DNA from: a virus
Virus record (IMG/VR): IMGVR_UViG_3300020129_000291
Direction: 5' to 3' (one strand)
Length of the DNA stretch: 36,035 nt
Numbering within the stretch: position 1 is the stretch's first letter; each line of letters begins with the position of its first letter. Shown one piece after another: positions 15,706 through 24,464 of the stretch. A model generated the notes under the pieces. That model searched no databases. It was not told the origin of the DNA and saw only the letters and a list, made by a program, of their open reading frames with translations. A program made the translations under genes and the position numbers.

Positions 15706-16722
15706 CTACAACCGATAGCCGCGGCCGGTTGCCGGGTTGACTACATAGCCGAGCGCAGGATTCGCCATCAGGTCTTTCATGGTCTGCTGGCCCTGGTAGT
15801 AGTTGCCGACTTGCCCCGCTGCACCGGCCACCCCGCCCAGAGCGCTGCCCCACGCATTCGCCGAACCCACGATCCCGGCGCCCTGCGCCGCGGCGCCGCC
15901 GGTCATGAGATCCCCGATTTTGCCGTACGTGTTCAGCGCATTTGAAGCCTGTTGTTGGACGCCTTGTGTTGTGAACTGGCCCGCGCCCGTCGCGCCACGC
16001 AACCCGAGATCCGCGGCCGATGTAGTGCCCGTCAATCCAAGGTTTGCGAACTCGTTTGCGCCCGTCATTCCGAACGCGCCCGCCTGATTGGCCGACGTTG
16101 CGCCGAGGTTGACCAGCGAATTTAATCTGTTGAATCGGTCGGTCTGCTGCGCCCTGAATCTCTGTTCGGCGTTGCCGAATTCGCTCGATGCCAGATTCTG
16201 GCTCAACCCGGTAAGCGCCGCGGCCGTTCCGCCGCCGAGTGACCCGCCGCGCGCGGCCGCCGAGCCCTGCAGCGCTTTCGCGGCCTGTTCCATCCGGAAG
16301 GAGTAACCCGGGTCGTACTGCTGCATGTCGGCCGCGGTGAATGTCTTGCTCAAGTCGCCACCGGGTGCCATCAAACTCTGAAGCGTCGTAAGCGCCCCAG
16401 TGCCCGCCGTCATATACGGCTGTAGAAAGCCCTGCGCCTGCGCAGTGGCGTCGGTGATGCGGCCCTGGCCGGTCCCTACGGCCCCGAGGATATCCGCTCG
16501 GCCCGCGGTGGTGGCGTCGGTCACTCCCTGCGCCGCGGCGGTGCTGGCGGCGCCGATCTGCGGATTGTAAATATCCAACTGGCTCTTGAGATCGCCCGCA
16601 GCGGCTTTGGCGGCGGCCGCTTGGATCGCGGCGGCTTTGCTGGCTGCGCTGGAACCGAGGATACCTCCGAGGATCGAACTGCCCGCGGAGACGGCTGCGG
16701 GTATCGCTACTGCTGCTGGCAT
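15706..16722 (-). CDS. Gly/Ala-rich internal virion protein.
   Basis: 338 aa with a hydrophobic Gly/Ala N-terminus (AVAIPAAVSAGSSILGGILGSSAA) and a G/A/T/Q-rich body. Its position matches podovirus ejection proteins. Confidence 0.55.
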   Translation of the reverse strand: MPAAVAIPAAVSAGSSILGGILGSSAASKAAAIQAAAAKAAAGDLKSQLDIYNPQIGAASTAAAQGVTDATTAGRADILGAVGTGQGRITDATAQAQGFLQPYMTAGTGALTTLQSLMAPGGDLSKTFTAADMQQYDPGYSFRMEQAAKALQGSAAARGGSLGGGTAAALTGLSQNLASSEFGNAEQRFRAQQTDRFNRLNSLVNLGATSANQAGAFGMTGANEFANLGLTGTTSAADLGLRGATGAGQFTTQGVQQQASNALNTYGKIGDLMTGGAAAQGAGIVGSANAWGSALGGVAGAAGQVGNYYQGQQTMKDLMANPALGYVVNPATGRGYRL

Positions 16723-16727
16723 GGCTT

Positions 16728-17297
16728 CTAACCCTCCCTTTCGGGTTTCTGCGTGGTCACCAGGGCGAAGTCTCTCTCGTGCGCCTGGTACCCGGTTTCC
16801 GCTTCATTAGCGGCCGATTTGTCGGGTTTGCTGATCCCGAGGCAAACGAGATCATAGAGAATCCCGTTTTTTAGATAGCTGTCCTGGTTGACCCCGTACA
16901 CTTTCATGCCTGCGCGGGTCGCAAAATGCAGGGCGAGGCGGTTCTGCGTCGGTACGTTCGTGATAATCCTCCGGCAGTGCGTGTTTTCCCAGATCCATTC
17001 CGGAAGCAGACGCGCGGCCCGCTGCCCGCGTTCGCCCCATGCGGGCGGCAACAGGCAAGTATGCACCTCCCAACAAATGCCATTTTGTGGAACGAACAGC
17101 CATAACCCGAGAATTTCTTCGGGCCCTGCATCGGGGAAGATATCGCGCACGATGATGTACCAGATCAGCGCGCTTTCCATCGGGTAGTAGTCTTCGACCG
17201 CTGGCGAATAGTCGTCAGAGATGTACGGCCAGATGCGCGGGTGCGTCATAATCCGGCGGATCAATTCGTAATCGAAGGAGCGTTCGAAATGAATCAT
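16728..17297 (-). CDS. GNAT-fold acetyltransferase-like protein.
   Basis: The C-terminal RIITNVPTQNRLALHFATRAGMKVYGVNQDSYLKNGILYDLVCLGISK matches the GNAT beta-alpha-beta core pattern. ATGA coupling to the tail fibre gene. Confidence 0.5.
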   Translation of the reverse strand: MIHFERSFDYELIRRIMTHPRIWPYISDDYSPAVEDYYPMESALIWYIIVRDIFPDAGPEEILGLWLFVPQNGICWEVHTCLLPPAWGERGQRAARLLPEWIWENTHCRRIITNVPTQNRLALHFATRAGMKVYGVNQDSYLKNGILYDLVCLGISKPDKSAANEAETGYQAHERDFALVTTQKPEREG

Positions 17298-18433
17298 GGT
17301 GCGATCCAGACCGCCGAGATTGACGTAAACGGGGAAATGGCTTGGCTGGTTCCGGTCCCCGCTGCGTCCTTATAACCCCGCAGAAAAACGACCTGGTTCG
17401 CGGCTACGGCCGTGTACATCCATTGCTGCGACGCCTGCAGGTATGTTGGGCTGGCGGGCGCGGTGGCCAGCACGGTACCGGCTTGGCCAACCCCATTTGC
17501 GACCATATCGCCGCGCATGCCCTGATTCAGATCGCCCGTACCGATCACTACAAACGTATAGTTGCCGGTGATCAGATACCGGCCCGCCCGGTTCAACGTG
17601 ATCGATGCGCCAGGTATCGCGGTGGGGGAACCCGTCAGCGTGATTGAACCGTTAGCGTACGCAATCTGCGCGTCTCCCTGCGTTTGCGTGGTTTCTACCC
17701 AAGCCGTGCCAGACCAGATGAATTGCCTCTGTACGTCGGTCGCGCGGAACGTGAACCCGGCATCATTCACGCCGAGGTCGGTCGGCCTCTGGTCCGGAAC
17801 GAGAGTGCCCAACATCGTGCCCGCCACAAAATGCCAGGTGCCGTTCTGGTTCTGGTAGAGCACTTCCGAGCGATCGGTTTCGACGTAAAGACATCGTGCA
17901 GGTGCAACCGATCCCGCGGGCCGCTGCGCGTGTGTGCCGTAGAGGACGGCCGTCGCTTCGACCCAGATTGATCCGGACCAGATGAACTCGCGTGCGCCTA
18001 ACAGCGGGTTGGTATCGGTGCTGCGGAAATCGAAGCCCGCGTCATTGGGCCCGAGTCCAGTCGGCCGCTGATCGGGCGAAAGCGTGCCGTACATCGTCCC
18101 GGCGAGGTAGTGCCATTCCCCGCCCTGGTTCTGGTAGATCACTCCGCTTCGGTCGCTTTCCACATAGATTGCGCCGTCCGGCATCGTGGACGCATCCGGC
18201 CGGTCTGAAGCTGTGCCAAAGGTCAACATGTTCAGACCGTTGTTTGCGAACTCGGCGAGCGTGCGCCAATAGAGCCACCAATCGCGCGTGGTCTCTATCG
18301 TGGTGGTGGTGCGGCGATCGGGCGGCCCGCCCGCTGCGAGATCGCCGTTCCCGTCCCCCAGAGCCGACAGCGGTACGCCGTTCGCCGTCAACAGCGACGT
18401 CCGAAACGGTGGCACGATCAACTGATTGCCCAT
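17294..18433 (-). CDS. Tail fibre / receptor-binding protein with an internal tandem domain duplication.
   Basis: The ATG at 18433 overlaps the upstream TAA. Two ~75-aa repeats (AIYVESDRSGVIYQNQGGEWHYLAGTMYGTLSPDQRPTGLGPNDAGFDFRSTD / CLYVETDRSEVLYQNQNGTWHFVAGTMLGTLVPDQRPTDLGVNDAGFTFRATD). Beta-rich C-terminus. Confidence 0.6.
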   Translation of the reverse strand: MGNQLIVPPFRTSLLTANGVPLSALGDGNGDLAAGGPPDRRTTTTIETTRDWWLYWRTLAEFANNGLNMLTFGTASDRPDASTMPDGAIYVESDRSGVIYQNQGGEWHYLAGTMYGTLSPDQRPTGLGPNDAGFDFRSTDTNPLLGAREFIWSGSIWVEATAVLYGTHAQRPAGSVAPARCLYVETDRSEVLYQNQNGTWHFVAGTMLGTLVPDQRPTDLGVNDAGFTFRATDVQRQFIWSGTAWVETTQTQGDAQIAYANGSITLTGSPTAIPGASITLNRAGRYLITGNYTFVVIGTGDLNQGMRGDMVANGVGQAGTVLATAPASPTYLQASQQWMYTAVAANQVVFLRGYKDAAGTGTSQAISPFTSISAVWIAP

Positions 18434-20142
18434 TACGAGGTTCCCGGCGTGACTTCTAGAAAGGCGTCCGTCAAGGCCACTTTGCTGCGTCCATTGACCC
18501 CAAGCCGATAGACCCGATCGCGGGACCGTCCGAGGCGGCGCCAGACGATGCGCTTCGTATATTCGCCTGGTGCGCCCGCAAGCTGGATCGTTCGAGCGTC
18601 CCCGAACGTGTGCCCGCGGTTGTCGCTCCAATCGAGTCCCACCTGCAAGGGGGGAGTCGGGTTCTGGACGGCCCCCGTCTCCATGTAAATCTCGATGCGG
18701 TGGTGAAACAGGTTCTTGTCTTCGTTCAGCAGGTGCGGGAAACAGCGGATATATTCAATCGCCGCGCCGTCATCGTCGTAGTAGTTCAGACTCTGTTCGT
18801 AGAGGTTGCCCGTCGTCGGGTCGCCGACGATGTGTTTTCCGCCAACCCCCCATTCGGGGATGAAGACATGGAACCAAGGCTGATAGCGCGTGAACTGGTT
18901 TGTAACCGGATTCCAGCCCGCACGCTCATGCCATTGGCCCTCCGTCATGTCGTAGACCCACGTCTGTTGTTGCGCCCAAAAATTGACTACCCAAAACAGG
19001 TGTCCCGCATCGAGGTAGCAGAACGAAACCGCATCCTTCACGTTGAACCCGGGCGCGTTCCAGTCTTCCTCCTGCGCATGCGTGCTGATGCGTTCCGGTT
19101 GGAAGGCGAGCGCGCGGTAAGCGACGGTCTGCCCGTCCGTTCCCCCGCCGAGCCAGCAGGTATAGGGACCGACTGAACAGGGCGCGAACGTCGCAGAGGA
19201 ACCGTCTTGAATGAAGGCGCCCGCCATGCGCTGAAACGGGAACGTCGCCACGCCCGCGGAATCGACGGTTGATCCAATATTTGTCCAAACCTCAGTGGTT
19301 ACCGTGCCAAATAACCAGAGTTCCTCGTGATCGCACAGCACCGATCGCAGTACGTCGGAATAGCCTTCCTTTACGCCGAAATCGAGCGGGTCCCAATACG
19401 CGCCCTCATTCAATTGGCTGATATTGAACGTGCGCCCCTGCGCCTGCAATGCGGGGTTGCTGCTCGGCATCCGGCCCACGATGAAATAGCCGTCTAGAAT
19501 GCCGCCCGTGATGGCGTCAAGCGGCGCCCCTCCCGCCACCTGCCAGACGCCTTCGGGGACCGCGGGCGGGTTCGGCGTAACCAGCATCGTTTGGCCCGCT
19601 GGCACGGTCACCGGTACACCGTCGATGTGGTAAAACTGGCCGTCGAACCGCAAGGTTTTGTTAGTCCATGCAGGATCGAACGGCGGCCCGGTGAGACGGG
19701 TTATCAGGTTAGTGCCCCCCGGTGCCGAGGCTGTGCCGGTGATCGAAAAGAGAATCGGGTCGGGACCCGCGCCGTTGTCGCAGTACGCTTGCCCGCCGGA
19801 AATTACCAGCAGCTGGTGGCCATTCGAAAATATCTGCGCGGGGTCCGGATTTCCGCTGCCTTCCAGCACGGTTTTTGGCGATGCCGTATGGGTAGCGTCT
19901 TGAAATACTTCGCTTTGCGTGCCGTTGTGGATGACAAAAAGCCGGCCTCCCCCGGTCCACATACAGCGGATTTTGCCCGGGACCAGATTCGCGAAAAACT
20001 TCAGACCCGGCCGCCCGAAAAATACCTGTCGCCGCGGCTCATCGGCCACGGCCAGAGTTTCCGGATACCAATTCATCGTTTGCTGCGCCGCAGCGACGAC
20101 GCTCTGCAGCGTATAACTGGGCCCAACGAGAGAGATTTTCAT
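18433..20142 (-). CDS. P22 gp10-like tail hub / packaged-DNA stabilisation protein.
   Basis: The N-terminal MKISLVGPSYTLQS...NWYPE...GRPGLKFF and C-terminal KRIVWRRLGRSRDRVYRLGV resemble the phage stabilisation protein family as I recall it. 569 aa and beta-rich. Confidence 0.55.
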   Translation of the reverse strand: MKISLVGPSYTLQSVVAAAQQTMNWYPETLAVADEPRRQVFFGRPGLKFFANLVPGKIRCMWTGGGRLFVIHNGTQSEVFQDATHTASPKTVLEGSGNPDPAQIFSNGHQLLVISGGQAYCDNGAGPDPILFSITGTASAPGGTNLITRLTGPPFDPAWTNKTLRFDGQFYHIDGVPVTVPAGQTMLVTPNPPAVPEGVWQVAGGAPLDAITGGILDGYFIVGRMPSSNPALQAQGRTFNISQLNEGAYWDPLDFGVKEGYSDVLRSVLCDHEELWLFGTVTTEVWTNIGSTVDSAGVATFPFQRMAGAFIQDGSSATFAPCSVGPYTCWLGGGTDGQTVAYRALAFQPERISTHAQEEDWNAPGFNVKDAVSFCYLDAGHLFWVVNFWAQQQTWVYDMTEGQWHERAGWNPVTNQFTRYQPWFHVFIPEWGVGGKHIVGDPTTGNLYEQSLNYYDDDGAAIEYIRCFPHLLNEDKNLFHHRIEIYMETGAVQNPTPPLQVGLDWSDNRGHTFGDARTIQLAGAPGEYTKRIVWRRLGRSRDRVYRLGVNGRSKVALTDAFLEVTPGTS

Positions 20143-20146
20143 GCCA

Positions 20147-20170
20147 AAATTGCCAAATTGCGAAATTGGG
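20147..20170. repeat. Three tandem 8-mers: AAATTGCC AAATTGCG AAATTGGG.
   Basis: Read directly. Lies 5 nt upstream (minus sense) of the ATG of 18433..20142, in the gap that also precedes the plus-strand methyltransferase gene. Confidence 0.6.
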
Positions 20171-20247
20171 AGATGGTTTGAATTCGCACGTAGTGGCGTG
20201 CGGCGGTAGCGTGTTTTTCAGCGCGTCAAGATAGAATCGGCGGGTCT

Positions 20248-21117
20248 ATGGTTGAAACCTGTCCGGTATGCGGCGCCAGTGTGTCCTTCATGGCGCATCA
20301 CCCCGAAGCAGACCTTTACCGGTGCCGAACCTGCTCGCATCCGTTCACCGATCTCGCTTCGGTTGCGAAGGAAAATTATCAAAACAGTTATTTCGACCAG
20401 GACCATCAGCGATGGTTCGAGCATCCGAATACGCCCCTGTTCGCGCGGCTGGCGCAGCTCATCCCGAAAGGCGCATCGGTGCTCGATGTGGGCTGCGGCC
20501 GCGGTGATTTTCTGCGCTACCTGCGCTCGGCCCGTCCGGATCTGGACCTTACCGGCGTCGACCTGTTCGACAATCCCGAGACGGCCGGTATCAGGTTCTA
20601 CGTTGGCGATTTTCTTGCGCTGGATTTCAGGCGCAAATTCGATTGCGTGGTGTCGCTTGCCGTCATCGAACACGTTGCCGATATCCGCGGCTTTGTAAAT
20701 CGCATGCGGGACCTGGCGGTTCCCGGCGGCACCGTCGCCGTGATGACGCTGGACGAATCGAGCCTGCTCTACGGACTGGCGAGGATCGGGCGGCGGGTGG
20801 GAGTGCCCGTGGCCTTCAATCGGCTGTACTCGGCCCATCACCTGCACCACTTCACCGGCCGCAGTCTGCGGCATCTGATCGAACGCGCGGGTTTCGACGT
20901 CCACGATCACTTCACCCACAACGCACCCTTAGAGGCGATCGATATTCCCGTAAAGCGGCGTTCGGTTGAGCGGGTCTTTCGCGCCGGTATGTGGCTGGTT
21001 GTGCGCGTTGGCGAGTGGACAGGAAAATCATATTTGCAAACGATCATTTGCCGGAAGCCCTCAGCGCTCCTCCCACTCGCCGCTATAGATGTTGAATCCT
21101 CCTCCGCATCCGCCTAG
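20248..21117 (+). CDS. Class I SAM-dependent methyltransferase with an N-terminal zinc ribbon.
   Basis: CPVCG...x17...CRTC, then VLDVGCGRGDFLRYL (SAM motif I), LTGVDL, FDCVVSLAVIEHV and PGGTVAV. Opposite strand to the late operon. Its last 57 nt overlap the 3' end of 21061..21888. Confidence 0.8.
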   Translation: MVETCPVCGASVSFMAHHPEADLYRCRTCSHPFTDLASVAKENYQNSYFDQDHQRWFEHPNTPLFARLAQLIPKGASVLDVGCGRGDFLRYLRSARPDLDLTGVDLFDNPETAGIRFYVGDFLALDFRRKFDCVVSLAVIEHVADIRGFVNRMRDLAVPGGTVAVMTLDESSLLYGLARIGRRVGVPVAFNRLYSAHHLHHFTGRSLRHLIERAGFDVHDHFTHNAPLEAIDIPVKRRSVERVFRAGMWLVVRVGEWTGKSYLQTIICRKPSALLPLAAIDVESSSASA

Positions 21118-21888
21118 ACCGAATAGAGGCGCGACGGGCTGCGGCGCGTTCAGCGATTCGAGACGCATCAGCGAAAGACGCGCATCCTCGCGCACGTCGG
21201 GCGGGATGATCCGCTGGAAGTGCGGCGCCAGACGCACCGCAAGATTCAGCACCAGTGCGTCTTCATATCCCGGCGGGAGTAACACCACGTCCGAAGTGCT
21301 CTGGAACGTCGGGACCAAATGCCATACGTAGAGTTCGAGTTGATAACCCGGGATCGGTTGCCCGTACAGGTAGAGCGTCGAAATCGGATAGGCCCGATCG
21401 TTGTACAGGACGTTGGGAATCGTGTTGATCAGTTCCTGCTGTTGGATCAGTGCCCATTGCCGGTCGGTGATGATCCCCACCGGGAAGCGCAGTATCCCGC
21501 CGCCGGAATCCATGACAATATTCGCGCGATCGATTCCCTGCGGCCGCGGCGCGTCGAAGTCGGCTATCGCGATCCCCGAGGGGTCCTGGCCGATGGTGTA
21601 GGTCATTTTGCCGGTCAACGGGAACAGGTAAATATCAACCGAGTAAATGAAGAACCGATCGCAGTTCAAGGAACCGATTAAGCGGTTCAACTCCTCGATG
21701 GCATCCTGATACTGCGCCGGGGAGGGCGTGCGCTGCGGCCCGAGCGTGACCGCGGCTTTGCGAAGCGCTGGATACAGCAGGCTGTTTCCCACCTGCGTAA
21801 TCAAACCTGGCGGACGGGTGCCGCCCCCGAATAGGCCTGCGTTCCATTGCGCGGCGTTCCATTGCGTCGGGACCGGAGCGGTGCCCAT
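21061..21888 (-). CDS. Virion structural protein, adaptor / tail-tubular-A-like (paralog of 23742..24392).
   Basis: Shares LPPGYEDALVLNLAVRLAPHFQRIIPPDV with LPDGYEAGLRFNLAVCLAPEYGRPIDPIV, plus the LYLYGQP...LELYVW vs VYIWPTP...LELWMY block. Confidence 0.45.
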   Translation of the reverse strand: MGTAPVPTQWNAAQWNAGLFGGGTRPPGLITQVGNSLLYPALRKAAVTLGPQRTPSPAQYQDAIEELNRLIGSLNCDRFFIYSVDIYLFPLTGKMTYTIGQDPSGIAIADFDAPRPQGIDRANIVMDSGGGILRFPVGIITDRQWALIQQQELINTIPNVLYNDRAYPISTLYLYGQPIPGYQLELYVWHLVPTFQSTSDVVLLPPGYEDALVLNLAVRLAPHFQRIIPPDVREDARLSLMRLESLNAPQPVAPLFGLGGCGGGFNIYSGEWEER

Positions 21889-22130
21889 CAGGCCTCCTTT
21901 TTGAGTTCAATCGGCCCTGGCCGATCGGTCGCCTTGGGAACGAATATCGGTTCCCCATCCTGGCCCTGCGCCATCTGATACCCGCCCTGCTCGGCGCGTA
22001 CCTGCAATGCGCGCGAGAGTGCTTCGAACTCGTATCGCGCCTTGTCGACGGTGAACTGTGCCAACAAAAGGTCGTGGCGTTTGCGCCAAAATTCAGCGCG
22101 TTCCTGGACGGTGATTTCTGGGGGGTTCAT
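21888..22130 (-). CDS. Hypothetical small protein.
   Basis: 80-aa helical ORF, ATGA-coupled on both sides. Confidence 0.5.
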   Translation of the reverse strand: MNPPEITVQERAEFWRKRHDLLLAQFTVDKARYEFEALSRALQVRAEQGGYQMAQGQDGEPIFVPKATDRPGPIELKKEA

Positions 22131-23731
22131 TGCGATACGTCGAGGTAGTTTGCTCCGTCGTAGATGGCCGTGAAGATGCCGCCCACGGCGTAGCCCGTTG
22201 CGATGTTGTTTGCGGGGTTGCGGCTGCTTTTGATCGGCGCCCCGTTCAGCGTGTTGACACCCACCTGAAGCGAATGCGCCAGCTTGATCGAGACCCGCAG
22301 TCCGGCCGCCAGAGCTACCGGAACCGTCGCGACAATGGCATTATTCGCGCCCGTCTCGGTCCCGATGTAGTTCTGGGGTCCGCTGTTGAGTCCGCCGCTA
22401 TTGGTGACTTCAAATTTCAGGGCGCCCGCGATAAAACAGGCGATGAAATCGCCGCTGTAGGTCCCGCCGCCGAGACCGAAACTCATCGATAGTCCGTTGC
22501 CGGTCCATGTGGTGGTCGTATGGACCATCGAGAGCATGTTTCCCGAGGTCTTTGCGGAGGACTGTAACGTGAGCGGCGTCTCCGCGGCGCCGCCGGTATT
22601 GATCGTCAGCGGCGAGAGGATATTTCCGGTGGGCCCCAGCGTGAACCCCGGCAAAAAGAGCGCATAGCCGCCGAAGGTGCACGCGGATAAATCGATCCCG
22701 TTCTGACAGGCGCCCGCCGCTCGAAACACGGTGCCGTTAGATGCCACTCCCCCGGCGTAGAAGTGGATGCCATCCTGGAATCCCGGCGAGCCGCCCTGGC
22801 CGATGAGCCCGTATCCGAAATCGGCACCCGCCTGGGTGGTAGGCTGCGTCGACTGGTCAACCACCATGATGCCCACGTGGCCACTGGTGCCTACCACATG
22901 GTTCGCAATATCCACTTCGATGCCGCTCAACTGCTGCGCGGGCGAAGGCCCGTTGCACGTCGCGTAGGTATTGAGCGAAAGCGCGAACCCGCCCGGGCCC
23001 GTCGAATGATTCAGGGTTGCGGAGAATGTTCCTGCAATCGGACCGTTGGTAATCCCGCCACCTGCTGGAGCCTGCGCAGTCCAGGTGCCGTCCGCGGTGA
23101 CATCGACCCAGACGCCCGAGAGAGTGCCACCGCTGCCTGCGTGTTTATAGGCCTGCAACCCCCACGATTTGCCGATCGCCGCGACGGCTGCGTTTCCGGC
23201 ATCGTGATAGTAGTAGTGCGCCTCGCCCTGTCCGTCTCCCCCCCCCGGGTTCGATGCGGTGATGTAGGGCCCGCCCAGAACACCGTATTGTGTGAACAGA
23301 GCGAGCCCAAAATCCGGATCGTTGAAACTCCATTTGTACTTGTTGTTGGGAGTCTTATACTGTGGCCCGTGCGGCCATGCGCCGCCCGGGCCGCCCGTCA
23401 GCGACTGCTGAATTGCCTGTATCGCGGAAGATACTGCCGAGTGATACGCGGCGTCGACAAAATTAGAGACCTTCCGTCCGGCCGCATGGCTCGCGCTACC
23501 CGTGCCGTTGAAGTTGCGGGTCACCTGCAGCGTGTTCGCCCCCACCACCGCGGTAACCATTTCCTGCTCGTTGTCGATCGTGGCAATCATGTAGGGGGAC
23601 CAGCCCACCGTCGACGCCACAATAGCGACGGTATCGGAGGGGTTCTGGACTACGCTCAACGTGGTTTGAATGTTGTCGTTCGCTACGTAGAGCGTGGCGT
23701 TTGAGTCGTTAACTGCGGGAAAAGTGCTCAT
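22127..23731 (-). CDS. Tail fibre / tailspike protein.
   Basis: The N-terminal TVAIVASTVGWSPYMIATIDNEQEMVTAVVGANTLQVTRNFNGTGSASHAAGRKV is the common tail-fibre anchor motif. The body is Gly-rich and beta-rich. The C-terminal NAIVATVPVALAAGLRVSIKLAHSLQVGVNTLNGAPIKSS...IFTAIYDGANYLDV is a fibre-tip pattern. Confidence 0.7.
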   Translation of the reverse strand: MSTFPAVNDSNATLYVANDNIQTTLSVVQNPSDTVAIVASTVGWSPYMIATIDNEQEMVTAVVGANTLQVTRNFNGTGSASHAAGRKVSNFVDAAYHSAVSSAIQAIQQSLTGGPGGAWPHGPQYKTPNNKYKWSFNDPDFGLALFTQYGVLGGPYITASNPGGGDGQGEAHYYYHDAGNAAVAAIGKSWGLQAYKHAGSGGTLSGVWVDVTADGTWTAQAPAGGGITNGPIAGTFSATLNHSTGPGGFALSLNTYATCNGPSPAQQLSGIEVDIANHVVGTSGHVGIMVVDQSTQPTTQAGADFGYGLIGQGGSPGFQDGIHFYAGGVASNGTVFRAAGACQNGIDLSACTFGGYALFLPGFTLGPTGNILSPLTINTGGAAETPLTLQSSAKTSGNMLSMVHTTTTWTGNGLSMSFGLGGGTYSGDFIACFIAGALKFEVTNSGGLNSGPQNYIGTETGANNAIVATVPVALAAGLRVSIKLAHSLQVGVNTLNGAPIKSSRNPANNIATGYAVGGIFTAIYDGANYLDVSQ

Positions 23732-23741
23732 AACCTGCCTG

Positions 23742-24392
23742 TCACGCTGCGGCCGCGGGCGCTTGCGATTTCATCTGATTACCAGCGTTCAACTGAACCA
23801 GAGAGCCCTTGAAATTTTGCGCGCTAGAGAGCACGATCGGGTCGATCGGGCGCCCGTACTCTGGCGCAAGACAGACCGCCAGATTGAAGCGCAGACCCGC
23901 CTCGTATCCATCGGGAAGCACGATCGGCGATGTCAGAGATGCGAAGGGCGGCATGGGCGCGTACATCCAGAGTTCGAGGTTTCCCGCCATGCGCGGCGTC
24001 GGCCAGATATACACGGTCGAGTTCGGAAAGGCGTAATCGCAGTAGAGCCGCCGGATAAAGATTGACTGCATGGCCTTTTCGGGAACCGGGATCGCTTCCC
24101 AGCCGGCCGCATCGACAATCTCTAACGCCGAATCGACGCTGTTAATGGCGGTGCTGGCGGCATCGATCCGGATCGGCCTGACCGACAGCGGGTAGGAGTT
24201 CACGCCCGCAATCGGCACCACCTGACGCTGGCGCGCAACCAGCGATGCGCCTTCTGTGTTCCAAGAGGAAAGCATCTGGTTGAGCGAAACGAAGGCGTCG
24301 TTTAGTTCATCGGTTTCGAGCAATTCCCCCGCGGCGATTGCGCCAATCAGGCGCATCGAGGAATGGATGAGGTCGCTAACAGTAGTCGGCAT
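23742..24392 (-). CDS. Virion structural protein, head-tail adaptor / tail-tubular-A-like.
   Basis: The N-terminal LIHSSMRLIGAIAAGELLETDELNDAFVSLNQMLSSWNTEG and the C-terminal block are shared with 21061..21888. Lies after the head genes. Confidence 0.45.
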   Translation of the reverse strand: MPTTVSDLIHSSMRLIGAIAAGELLETDELNDAFVSLNQMLSSWNTEGASLVARQRQVVPIAGVNSYPLSVRPIRIDAASTAINSVDSALEIVDAAGWEAIPVPEKAMQSIFIRRLYCDYAFPNSTVYIWPTPRMAGNLELWMYAPMPPFASLTSPIVLPDGYEAGLRFNLAVCLAPEYGRPIDPIVLSSAQNFKGSLVQLNAGNQMKSQAPAAAA

Positions 24393-24464
24393 AAATCACT
24401 TATCCCCGCGTTTGCTGGTAGTGCGGCACGTCCGCACTTCGCCCGCACCTCCGCACTTCCAGCC

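Noticed and set aside
20218-20919. 233-aa minus-strand ORF antisense to the SAM methyltransferase. Similar long shadow ORFs include 22763..23704 (+), 27433..28329 (+), 26952..27695 (+), 25561..26124 (+), 17992..18459 (+) and 13033..13437 (+).
   Set aside because: They are Arg/Pro/Gly/His-rich with low-complexity composition, have no motifs, and each lies opposite or out of frame to a gene with clear family signatures. These are typical GC-rich shadow ORFs.
24421-24460. GTGCGG/CCGCAC short repeats (a hairpin GTGCGG-cacgt-CCGCAC plus two more CCGCAC copies) between the decoration-like gene and the adaptor-like gene.
   Set aside because: These are only 6-mers with irregular spacing (11 and 8 nt). 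They could be a minor stem-loop in the late transcript and are too weak to call a feature.
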